A stretch of DNA of 64,000 bases from the human T2T-CHM13v2.0 reference genome, Homo sapiens. The translations under genes and the position numbers were made by a program. The DNA lies in NCBI RefSeq assembly GCF_009914755.1, contig NC_060945.1. One strand, 5' to 3'. Positions 52,801 through 64,000 of the stretch are shown here, in pieces. A model generated the notes under the pieces. The model worked only from the letters and a program-made list of their open reading frames with translations. It had not been told where the DNA came from and did no database searches. Each line of letters begins with the position of its first letter. Within the stretch, counting starts at the first letter, position 1.

Positions 52801-54690
52801 TGCCGCCCTTCTTCCCAATCCAAAGCCTCCTTTGCATCCTCCTCTTGCATCCCACCTTAACCCACAAGTATAAGATACCTCTACTCCCTCCTTGGTGACT
52901 GATCATGCACCCCTTACCATCTCATTAAAACCTAATCACCCTTTACCCCTCCACTCAATACCAATATCCCATCCCACAGCACGCTTTAAAAGGATTAAAG
53001 CCTGTTATCACTCACCTGCTACAGCATGGCCTTTTAAAGCCTATAAACTCTCCTTACAATTCCCCCATTTTACCTGTCCAAAAACTGGACAAGTCTTACA
53101 GGTTAGTTCAGGATCTGTGCCTTATCAACCAAATTGTTTTGCCTATCCACCACATGGTGCCAAACCCATGTACTCTCCTATCCTCAATACCTCCCTCCAC
53201 AACCCATTATTCTGTTCTGGATCTCAAACATGCTTTCTTTACTATTCCTTTGCACCCTTCATCCCAGCCTCTCTTTGCTTTCACTTGGACTGACCCTGAC
53301 ACCCATCAGGCTCAGCAAATTACCTGGGCTGTACTGCCTCAAGGCTTCACAGACAGCCGCCATTACTTCAGTCAAGCCCAAATTTCTTCCTCATCTGTTA
53401 CCTATCTTGGCGTAATTCTCATAAAAACACACGTGCTCTCGCTGCTGATCATGTCTGACTAATCTCCCAAACCTCAATCCCTTCCACAAAACAACTCCTT
53501 TCCTTCCTAGGCATGGTTAGTGCGGTCAGAATTCTTACACAAGAGCCGGGACCGCGCCCTGTAGCCTTTCTGTCCAAACAACTTGACCTTACTGTTTTAG
53601 CCTAGCCCTCAGGTCTGCGTGCAGTGGCTGCCGCTGCTTTAATAATTTTAGAGGCCCTAAAAATCACAAACTATGCTCAACTCACTCTCTACAGTTCTCA
53701 TAACTTCCAAAATCTATTTACTTCCTCACACCTGATGCATATACTTTCTGCTCCCCAGCTCCTTCAGCTGTACTCACTGTTTGTTGAGTCTCCCACAATT
53801 ACCATTGTTCCTGGCCCGGACTTCAATTCGGCCTCCCACAGTATTCCGGATACCACACCTGACCCCCATGACTGTATCTCTCTGATCCACCTGACATTCA
53901 CCCCATTTCCCCATATTTCCTTCTTTCCTGTTCCTCACCCTGATCACACTTGGTTTATTGATGGCAGTTCCACCAGGCCTAATCGCCACACACCAGCAAA
54001 GGCAGGCTATGCTATAGTGCAAGCCACTAGCCCGCCTCTTAGAACCTCTCATTTCCTTTCCATTGTGGAAATCTATCCTCAAGGAAATCACTTCTCAGTG
54101 TTCCAGCTGCTATTCTACTACCCCTCAGGGATTATTCAGGCCCCCTCCCTTCCCTACACAACAAGCTCGAGGATTTGCCCCACCCAGGACTGGCAAATTA
54201 GCTTTACTCAACATGCCCCGAGTCAGGAAACTAAAATACCTCTTAGTCTAGGTAGACACTTTCACTGGATAGGTAGAGGCCTTTCCCACAGGATCTGAGA
54301 AGGTCACCGCAGTCATTTCTTCCCTTCTGTCAGACATAATTCCTCGGTTTGGCCTTCCCACCTCTATATAGTCCGATATCAGACCGGCCTTTATTAGTCA
54401 AATCAGCCAAGCAGTTTTTCAGGCTCTTGGTATTCAGTAAAACCTTTATATCCCTTACACTCCTCAGTCTTAAGGAAAAGCAGAACGGACTAAAGGTCTT
54501 TTAAAAACGCACCTCACCAAGCTCAGCCACCAACTTAAAAAGGACTGGACAATACTTTTACCACTCTCCCTTCTCAGAATTCAGGCCTGTCCTCGGAATG
54601 CTACAAGGTACAGCCCATTTCAGCTCATGTATAGACGCTTTTTATTAGGCCCCAGTCTCATCCCAGACACCAGATCAACCTAGACTGCGC
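52801..54690 (+). pseudogene. pol: HERV-H pol remnant (RT, RNase H, integrase), deleted and frameshifted
   Basis: RT SVLDLKHAFFTIPLHPSSQPLFAFTW...LPQGFTDS with no YxDD visible. RNase H TWFIDGSS. Integrase QDWQI and VDTFTG*VEAFP. Confidence 0.9.
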
Positions 54691-54699
54691 CCCAAAAAA

Positions 54700-55250
54700 C
54701 TTGTCATCCCTACTATCTTCTGTCTAGTCATACTCCTATTCACCATTCTCAACTACTCATAAATGCCCTGCTCTTGTTTACACTGCCGGTTTACACCGTT
54801 TCTCTAAGCCATCACAGCTGATCTCCTCGTGCTATCCCCAAACCGCCACTCTTAACTCTTAAAGTAAATAAATAATCTTTGCTGGCAAGGCTATGCTGAA
54901 CCTCCTTAGGCACTCTCTAATTAGATGTCCTAGGTCCTCCCAATTCTTAGTCCTTTAATACCTGCTTTTCTCCTTCTCTTATTCCATTTAGTTTTTCAAT
55001 TCATACAAAACCATATCCAGGCCATCACCAATAATTCTACATGACAAATGTTTCTTCTAACAACCCCACAATATCACCCCTTACCACAAAATCTTCCTTC
55101 AGCTTAATCTCTCCCACTCTAGGTTCCCACGCCGCCCCTAATCCTGCTCGAAGCAGCCCTGAGAAACATCGCCCATTATCTCTCCATACCACCCCCAAAA
55201 ATTTTTTGCCGTCCCAACACTTTACCACTATTTCGTTTTATTTTTCTTAT
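54700..55250 (+). pseudogene. env: Residual HERV-H env-region sequence, largely deleted
   Basis: About 550 bp between the integrase end and the polypurine tract, far too short for an intact env. Confidence 0.6.
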
Positions 55251-55269
55251 TAATATAAGAAGACAGGAA

Positions 55270-55698
55270 TGTCAGGCCTCTGAGCCCAAGCTAAGCCATC
55301 ATATCCCCTGTGACCTGCACATACACATCCAGATGGCCAGTTTCTGCCTTAACTGATGACATTCCACCGCAAAAGAAGTGAAAATGGCCTGTTCCTGCCT
55401 TAACTGATGACATTATCTTGTGAAATTCCTTCTCCCGGCTCATCCTGGCTCAAAAGCTCCCCTACTGAGCACCTTGTGACCCCCACTCCTGCCAGCCAGA
55501 GAACAACCCCCCACTTTGACTGTAATTTTCCTTTACCTACCCAAATCCTATAAAACGGCTATCTCAACCTATCCCACCCCTATCTCCCTTTGCTGACTCT
55601 CTTTTCAGACTCAGCCCGCCTGCACCCAGGTGAAATAAACAGCCTTGTTGCTCACACAAAACCTGTTTGGTGGTCTCTTCACACAGATGCGAGTGAAA
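55270..55698 (+). terminator. 3' LTR7 (429 bp) with polyadenylation signal at 55634-55639
   Basis: About 97% identical to the 5' LTR by manual alignment, AATAAA intact, preceded by AAGAAGACAGGAA. Confidence 0.95.
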
Positions 55699-57564
55699 TG
55701 TACCATTATTGGTTGTCAGATATTTCCTTTTCTTTTTAGGAAGTAAAGTGCCTCCAGGAAAATCCACATCCTAACTGGTAAGAGCCTACTTACAACAAGT
55801 GCACCTTGACGGGAAGGCATTGATATTCGAAAGGAAGAGAAATTCTAGATACAATACAGAGTCTATTGCTTGAATCTATCTCTAAACTCAGACTTGGGTT
55901 AATCCAATGAAAAGTAGGAAATTTTACTGAAACCCAACAGATTTGCATTGCTATAAAACTCTGTAAAATGACCAAGTGCCAGGAGGCTTTATCATACCTT
56001 GGTTGTGGCAGAAGACTCTGGAATCCCAGGAACAGAGTATAATTTTGAGGGTATCAGAGCAAGAAAGGAAAGCAGAAAGCTTTGCTGTAATCTACACACA
56101 CAAACACAAAGTGGTTTACTAAAGCCATCTGCAATTTCAAGGCAATCAGTACACTCAGTAATTCAAAACTGTTTATTGAGATCTAAGATATGGAAGCCAG
56201 TGTGCTGACTCCAAAGGTATAAAGGACCAGCAAGAAAGTAGACACTTTAACTGCAAATATAATGGAGTAGACAGACAGGTAATTAAAATCTAGTGTGATA
56301 AAGGATCTTCTTGAGAGAAATTATTATGTCTTGAGGGCAAGAAAGGGAACTAATTAAGTTTGCATTTTAAAAATTGTTAAGAATAGATGTAGGATGGGAT
56401 AGAGGGTACCTTAGAGATGCAAGGATTGTGGAGGAATACTTTCATATGTTTTATGATGAATTGAAAGAAGATAATATTCTACTTCCTGTGCAAGTCATAT
56501 ATATGTTTGACACATTCTAAAGCAGACCTAACTTAGGGATCATTTAGATTTGAGTGGTAAGAGATAGAAAGTAATGAGGATAATTCTCATGTTTCTCACT
56601 TACCTAAGTTTTATTCTATTTAAACAAAGTAGAAATTAGTCATAGCAGGAACACTCTGAGTGTTCATAATTTTTTAAATGAGTGAACTCAGCAGCTTTGA
56701 TAATATAATTAGACATATGTAACAATACCCATCTACCTGGGTTGGCTTTATAAAATGTAGATATCAATACTTGGAAAACAAGTTATCCTTTCATGTTTAT
56801 TCATTAACAATAGTATGTCCTTCATCTTAAGTAGTCATACATCTTGCTCTTTCTTGATTGGAACCTTAAAGCTAAAAATGACATATGGACCTCTTTGTAT
56901 CCATATAATTAACAACAAACAGATATAATTGTTTGAATAATTTTAACTACAGAACTGTGTTAATTTCAATTCAACTGAATGCAGAGTAGTAGACTAACAA
57001 GAAGCTCTTTAAGCTACAAAGAATTAAGCAAAACAATTATAAAATCAATTTGACATCGCAACAATGATACATATTTCTGCATTTCAGACATAGCTAGAAT
57101 GGAGAACCACTTATAGGATAATAATTTACATTAAAATAAAAGGTATAATCAAATAAAAGAATAATAAAATAAAAATGCAGCGTGAAAATATAAGTAGGTA
57201 CTGCTGTTTAATTATATGTTTTATGAAAATGCTTAATGTTTTAGAAAAATGAGAAACAGAAAAATTGCTCTTTTCATTCAATTTGTTGTAGATTTCTTTC
57301 TGCATTCTTTATGAGCTCTTGTAAGAGATATATTTCTGTTATTGTAAACGTACTTTGTTACTTTCTATCTAATGTTATAAATTTGCTTTATATGGTTTCA
57401 ATGTTCTGAAATTAACCCTCTCTATGAGATTTATGATTATTTAGCAAAATTTTTATCAAAAACATCCACTCATTTATATTTTCTTGGAGGGGTTTAGTTT
57501 CAAGGGCCCCTTTAAACATTGATAAAGGTCATTAACTTACAGGTAATATCTTACTTTTTAATTG

Positions 57565-57602
57565 GTGTGTGTGTGGGTGTGTATGTGTGTGTGTGTGTGT
57601 GT
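57565..57602. repeat. Imperfect (TG)n microsatellite
   Basis: Seen directly in sequence. Confidence 0.85.
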
Positions 57603-58088
57603 TTCAGGGGAAGAATTGTAAAGTGAACATATTACTTCCTCTCCTGTGGCTGGACTTTGATTACTATTGGGTCACTGAAGGAAGTACAAAAGCGTGTTCT
57701 TGGGCGAAAAGTAAATTAAACCCACAAAGATGTAGTCTACAAGAATTAATGGTGAAAAAAAATCAAGGAAGATTTTTGATAAGCCTATATAAGTATTAAT
57801 CATCAAAATGATATAAATAAGCTGGGTGGGTCTAAAAAATCTATACTCATTTTGTCACATCATTCAAGAGTAAAATAGATATGTTTAAATTTACCTTATA
57901 GTTTATTAATAATGTATGTATTTTAAAATTCATCTTTAAAAGTATGGATATAGAAAGTGTAACACAAATAAGTAAAGTTACGTAGTAGAATCAACCAAAT
58001 TATTTTACTAGATGAACAGAAAATAGTTTGTATTAATGAAAAGCAATGGAAATCAAGGTAAGTAAACAAAGTATGACAAAGAGATTCA

Positions 58089-58443
<355 letters not shown>

Positions 58444-58879
58444 TGCACGAGTGGGTGAAAAAAAGGAGAGTTGTAAGATCTAAAGTATAACATGCTCTAT
58501 ATAAATATTTTGAACGGAATAAAAATACTATGTTTTTGTTGGATACATGCATTTGGAATACCTGTACAAAAACACGGTAGGAAAAATACACAGCAAATAC
58601 TAAACAACACTTACTCTTTAGAAAAGAAAGATAAAGAAAAATTACTTATAGCGGTTTATGTTATTTAGTAGTAAGTTAACTTTTACTAATTCTGGGTGAT
58701 TCAGACATGCGTGCTTATTATGTTTTATATGTGCGTTTCTTTGTGTTTCAAATGTTTCACAATTACAAAGGTTGATACTGTGTACCTTAAAATGTAGACT
58801 AATCTTACGTAGATCTAAAAGACCTAGGTATCATCCAGGATCAGAATACCTTTTGTTTCGTTGTTCTGTCATCCCTTTA

Positions 58880-59125
58880 GTGTATGGTACTTGTTTACTT
58901 CTTCAAAGATGGCCTCTAACCAGCAAGAAGGAGGGAAAAAAAAGATGTAATAAGAAGCTATCTTTTAAAGACATGACACTTCAGTTGCAGAGATCATTTT
59001 TTGTTTATAAATCAGCAGCCAGAACTTAGTCATTTGATCAAACTTACATGCAAGGAAGGCTGATAGAGTCTTAAGCTGAGTGAACCAGTGTTCCGATTAA
59101 TACTTTGTGGTTCTATCACTAATAC
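58880..59125 (-). mobile_element. MLT1J-like LTR remnant
   Basis: TCAAAGATGGC...GCCAGAACTTAGTCA...TGCAAGGAAGGCTG. Confidence 0.5.
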
Positions 59126-61808
59126 ACCGAACAGAAGGATGAAAACTGCATAAGCACATTTGCATTATAAGCACATTTTTCAACAAAATCATTAATACAG
59201 CGTTTCTAAAAGCATAGGCTTGGACCACAGACTGTTCAGAAAAGTTCCCTTTTTCTAGGGGTAAAGGAGGTATAATTTTATGCTTCTGGGTCAGAATGTT
59301 TTAGCAAACAGCAGTTTAACATAGTAGGACTTTATGCTTATGCAAACTTTATCTCACCACCCTCCTCCCAGAAAAAAAAAAAAAAATCAGCATGCTGAGT
59401 GCTGAGTTTTAGTTTTAATAAGCAAAAATCAGCAGCCCAGCAGCCTTTAACGGGCTTGAGGGACAAGTGTGATTATTTTTACAAGGATATTTCATGAATT
59501 AAATGAAAAGAATCATATTATTCCTGAGCACCAATCTCCATGAGAAAGAGCAAAACTAGAACAGGTGAGTTATTCCCTCTCCAGAGCAAATTTTATTTTA
59601 AATAAAAGCAGTGCCCCATAATTTAAGTAGGCAATTCAATTCAACTTTGATTCCTTAGAAGAAACTGAAGATTAACTAATGTACTATTGTATTAGTATCG
59701 GTAAACTTCTTAAGGAAAAACGCTATTGAATGTGTCAATATTAGATTACCTTCATTACATTGTTAAACTCATAACCCTGCTACAAAAGAATCTCAGCTGG
59801 ACAGGATGTTACAATTTGTTGCATTGTTGTCATCAAATAAAAACCTTCCTTGAGCTTCCATGTGTTGGTGATGATAGCAGCTACTCTGATTTCAGCCATC
59901 TAAATATGGTCTGAAATTTTCAGACCTCTTGACTGTCCAATGTATGTGTCACTTATGAAGAATAAGGTGAAATTTTAAATTTATTTAAAGTCTAGGTGTC
60001 CATAATTTGGTTGTAAAATATGATTATTTTCTAAAAGTTGCAAGTGCAATACTACAACTTTTTAATATATTTTTAAAGTTTAATTACTAATAGCTATTTT
60101 CTGCCTTCAAGAAAAATATCAAAAGCAGAAAGTGTACCAAAGGCACAAGAAAGTACTGATGTGTTTTAAGACAGCCAAGTTCTGCAATTTCATGTTAAAG
60201 TTTTGTGAGTTGAAGTTGGCTTAACACAGATATTTTCCAGAGAGGGAGAATTGGCAGATATGAACAGACTGGCATGGTACTAATGAAAAAATGAACTGGT
60301 TCAAGTGGTTGGAAAGTAAACAATATGTGTTTGTATGTTATTATCCATTAATGATCCGAGAGGTATAATTGGAAGCTACGAATGACTTTCATAACTTAAA
60401 GAGTAAATGAGTTTCCTAAATCACGTGTTACATTGTACTATTCAGTTGAGAGAGCCTTCTCCTATTTGAAAATGTGAACATTATATGAATGTATAATTTT
60501 AAAAGTGGAAAAGTAGTGCATGTTAAATATTAAATATTAAAATTTGCATAATTATAATACAGTATTTCTTTCCAAGTATCTTGTGAAATAAAAATTTAAA
60601 AATTTTACTCAATGTGTTATTTTAGGTACAAGTCAAAGCTTCCAGGTAGTTCATCAATAGTGTGGCGTACTTTACAGTAATTTGAATGCAATTACGCAAA
60701 ACTGCTATCACAGCTTTGGAAGACATTATGTGAGAGAGCAGAAAAAAAATAAAATAATTTTCTAAAAGACATAGTGAATGCTAGAAAACTAATGAAGACT
60801 TCAGGTGCATTTTAAGCTGTCCTCAAAATGCTAAGACATGTTTCTATTTGCAAACAGCAGCAAAACATATATAACCAATTTTCTCTTATTTCAAACAATT
60901 TTAGTGTCACACACACACCTTCCATAGAAAATCAATTGATATTTTAACTTACATTTATTCTTAGAATTAGCTATGCTTGATTATAGAAACATTATTTTGG
61001 TTTTGGAAAGCATCAATAATAAAGCCCTCCCTTTTCTCCATGAAATTGATACTGGCTCTCTGAAGCATGAAGATTATTCTTAAATAATATTCCTGTGAGT
61101 TTAAATAAATTTCATGATAATGTGGCTTAATAAACCATGATTTCCCCTTCTAGAAAACACAATTCCTCCTGGAGGGTGAATAATTTAGCATTGCTTAACA
61201 CACATTCTCACTTTAAAAAGGAAAAACTGAGTACACATTCACTGTGCATCTTATTTCAGTCTTTCAACAATGAGAGAGAAAACATGATGATGGATTTAAC
61301 TGGCCAGCACTACAAATCCACAGGATTCAAAATGTACCATAACCAAGAAAGTCACAAGCCAGGAGGCTTAGCAAATCCAGTGGGTTCCATGACTCTTCAA
61401 ATATTTTCAGAGAGCTTATCGCTTAAGCTCATAACCCTGATATGTAAAATAGAAGAAAAATTCTTGGCCCTTCTTTCCAGAGCCCATTCAAAAGTGTGGA
61501 GAAGAGTAGTCTAGAAGTTACGTCAGTTGAAACATTTCAAATTTCTTTGTCTCAATGTGAAGCAGAGCTAGGAGGATTCGCTAACCTTCATTTCAGAATT
61601 AATATTCCCAGAATGCACGTGTTCTAGATATGTTGATTACCTGTGCTAAGAAGAAATGTAAAGAAAGGCAAAGCATGTTTAAAAGTTATAAACACATTCT
61701 GGTTCCAGGAAATGAAGAAAATTTAAAAGGCACATATTAAGAAGTAAGATTAAGGGCTGAAAGCAGCCAATTATCCCACTGTAATATTAATACATGAAAA
61801 TTTTCCAC

Positions 61809-61832
61809 TATATATATATATATATATATATA
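61809..61832. repeat. (TA)12 microsatellite
   Basis: Seen directly in sequence. Confidence 0.9.
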
Positions 61833-63009
61833 ACTACTTTAACATTTTTTTTCCTTTTAACTCTAAACATTTTGTCAGTTTGTGTGGGAAAAAAATAGAC
61901 CTGCCACAGCTTACTGTGGAACAGCTATTATTTCCATGAGTTTTGATTTACCAAATACGTAAATTTAAACCTAGTTTTAAAACTAATTTAATGGTGATGG
62001 TCCATTTGTATTTCTCTAGCTTGTTTACTAAAGACATTGTGTTAATGTTTAAATCTCATTTCTCATTTTAAAATGAAACTCAAAAGATTTACATCTATGG
62101 TGGTATTTTTAAAAATATGCACACACAAAACCTTTATGAAGCCAAAAATAATTGAACAATTATATTTCTGAGAAGCTGCAGAACAGTAGCTTTAATAACG
62201 GGCTTTAAGCTTTAATTTGCCAAGTTGTTTTAGTACCCAAAGAAAGATATGTACTCCTGAAACTTGCATTTAAGATTCTAAGATTGACTTCTTTCCTTTA
62301 AAATGCAGGGCTATCAGTGTTGCTGTATTAATGGTATAATAAGAAGGGAAAAGTGTCAGTGAATACAGCAACAGCCAAACCAGCTCAACTAGGATTGCAG
62401 AAAATGGTATCTGCCTTTAGCTTGATCGTGGTAAACATTTTATTCAAGATCAAACTTTTCAAAATTCCAATTGGTCAAATAAAAGAAGAAATTGATCCTC
62501 ACTGACTTTTGGAGGATATAAATAAAAAGAAAAAAGATACCACTAGACTCAAATAATTCACATTTCACTCATCCACTGTCAAACTTCAATTAATGAATAT
62601 TGTTGAAATTTAATGTGTGAACAAATGTTTATATAACTTCTTATGAAAGTTAAAATTTTTACATAGAATATTGTATCCTTTTCAAATTTGTCTCTAGAGT
62701 AAAATACAATAGAAAATTTCTTGTATATTTATGTACATTTTTGTTTTCAAGGCTGTAGTGCAATGTACACTTCTAAAAGAATTTGGTGTCTGCATAAACT
62801 GTGTCTACATGGAGAAATCTCCAGTTTCAGAGAATATTTGATGAAAAAATGTAAAGGTAAACTGGATAAACACAATTACATGAATAATTCTAATGGATAA
62901 AATAATAATGACTAGGTAAGAAGTGTAATTCACCTGAGGGTTGGTAGTACCTTGTGCGATCATCATGTTTTGGGATGCATTACTAAAGGAATCTTTCAAG
63001 ATTTTATTA

Positions 63010-63220
63010 TTTTTCTTTTCCTTTTTTTCTTTTCTCTTCCTTCCGTTCTTTCCTTCCTTCCTTCCTTCCCTCCTTCTCTCCCTCCCTCCCTCCCCTCCTT
63101 CCTTCCTTCCTCCCTCCCTCTCTTTCTCTCTTTTTTTCTTTCTTCCTTTCTTTCTTCCTTTCTTTCTTTCTCTTCCTCTCTTTCCTTTTCTTCTTTCTTT
63201 CCTTTTTTTTTCTTTCTTTT
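63010..63220. repeat. About 210-bp polypyrimidine tract (CTTT/CCTT/CCCT), expanded Alu tail
   Basis: Almost pure C/T with a single G at about 63045. Confidence 0.92.
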
Positions 63221-63326
63221 GACAGGGTCTCTATATTCCAGGCTAAAGTGCTGTGGTGCAATCATAGCTCCCTGCAACCTCTAACTCTTGGGCTCAAGGG
63301 ATTCTCCCACCCCAACCTCTCAAGTA
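63220..63326 (-). mobile_element. AluJo/FLAM fragment
   Basis: GACAGGGTCTC...GTGCAATCATAGCTC...GGGCTCAAGGGATTCTCCCACC. Confidence 0.85.
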
Positions 63327-63911
63327 ACCTCTCTTAAATTGCCCTTTCTTAGTCTTCTCTGTGAATGATTCTCCCTCTGAGTGTCGTTTGGATGTTGGAC
63401 TTCTTTTCTCCTCTACTGAGTCCTATTTCAGGTCTTCTGCCTAGTATTTAAATCCAACTAGCCTGCACCCTACTAGATAATGTTACTTGCTGAAAATAAA
63501 TTAATAAATAAAACAGTAAAAATGAACAGGTTATAGAAAAAAATGATGAGAGTGACTGAGACAACTTACAATAAAGTGATAAAGAAATGCCTCTTTGGGA
63601 GGGACCACTTAAACATGGGCCAATATTATGTTACTCATGTGGCTCACATCCATAGGAAAATTAGAAGCAACATAAAGAATGCTGGCAAAATCCCCAGGGT
63701 AAGAGTGTATATGATGCATCTGAGCCAAAAAGTATCAAAAAAAAAAATAAAATAAAATAGAGCAAAAAGAGAGCAAAAGAAGAGTGCCATGAGAAGTTGA
63801 GAAGGCATACAGGAGCCAAGATCATGAAAATCTTGAAATGAAGGATGTTTGGTTATACTCCAGTAGCACCAGAAAGACATTAACGGGGTTAAAAAATAAA
63901 GTGTAGCAAAT

Positions 63912-64000
63912 GTATTCATTTATTAACTCATTTGTTTTTTCCAAAGAAATTTGCCTCATTCCTATGTGCCCAGCACTGGGTAAGTGCTGGGGCTATGATG
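63912..64000 (-). mobile_element. L2 3' end remnant
   Basis: ATTCATTTATT...CCTATGTGCCCAGCACTGGGTAAGTGCTGGGG. Confidence 0.65.

Larger units (their letters stand above)
50196..55698 (+). mobile_element. HERV-H provirus, two LTRs, common internally deleted non-autonomous form (5.5 kb)
   Basis: Paired LTR7, tRNA-His PBS, gag/pro/pol/env remnants and a purine-rich tract before the 3' LTR. TSD TGTCC (50191-50195) / TGTAC (55699-55703). Confidence 0.98.

Noticed and set aside
53624-54298. 224-aa ORF in HERV-H pol
   Set aside because: A GTG-started fragment of the tether and RNase H region that runs out of frame. It cannot encode a functional Pol.
62941-63284. Four overlapping F/S/L/P-rich or K/E/R/G-rich ORFs
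   Set aside because: Artefacts of a stop-free polypyrimidine microsatellite.

Overview
Primate (most likely human or great-ape) AT-rich, CpG-depleted intergenic or intronic DNA. I found no credible protein-coding gene, RNA gene or CRISPR array. The supplied ORFs are Alu-, LTR- or low-complexity-derived, or are broken HERV-H frames. The window is a mosaic of transposon fossils: 11 Alus, L1 fragments (PA, PB, MA, MC, ME), MIR, L2 and CR1 remnants, DNA transposons (MER47, MER103, MADE1, Tigger2a, Tigger3b), many MaLR/ERVL LTRs and two MaLR proviral remnants. The dominant feature is a two-LTR, internally deleted HERV-H provirus at 50196-55698 with a tRNA-His primer-binding site. I cannot support a new biological system here. 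The most distinctive observations are: (i) a 38-bp patch of a local LTR copied exactly into an old L1 1.6 kb away, which looks like a templated repair scar; (ii) regulatory asymmetry between the two HERV-H LTRs, a weakened splice donor and a G-to-A Trp-to-stop signature; (iii) an MLT2A2 LTR inserted into the linker of an AluJ; (iv) an apparently repeat-free island with a G-quadruplex motif, a Z-DNA tract and palindromes; (v) an MLT2A1 LTR pointing toward a candidate minus-strand exon at the window start. All repeat subfamily names come from recalled consensus sequences and need RepeatMasker/Dfam confirmation. Boundaries of old elements are approximate.
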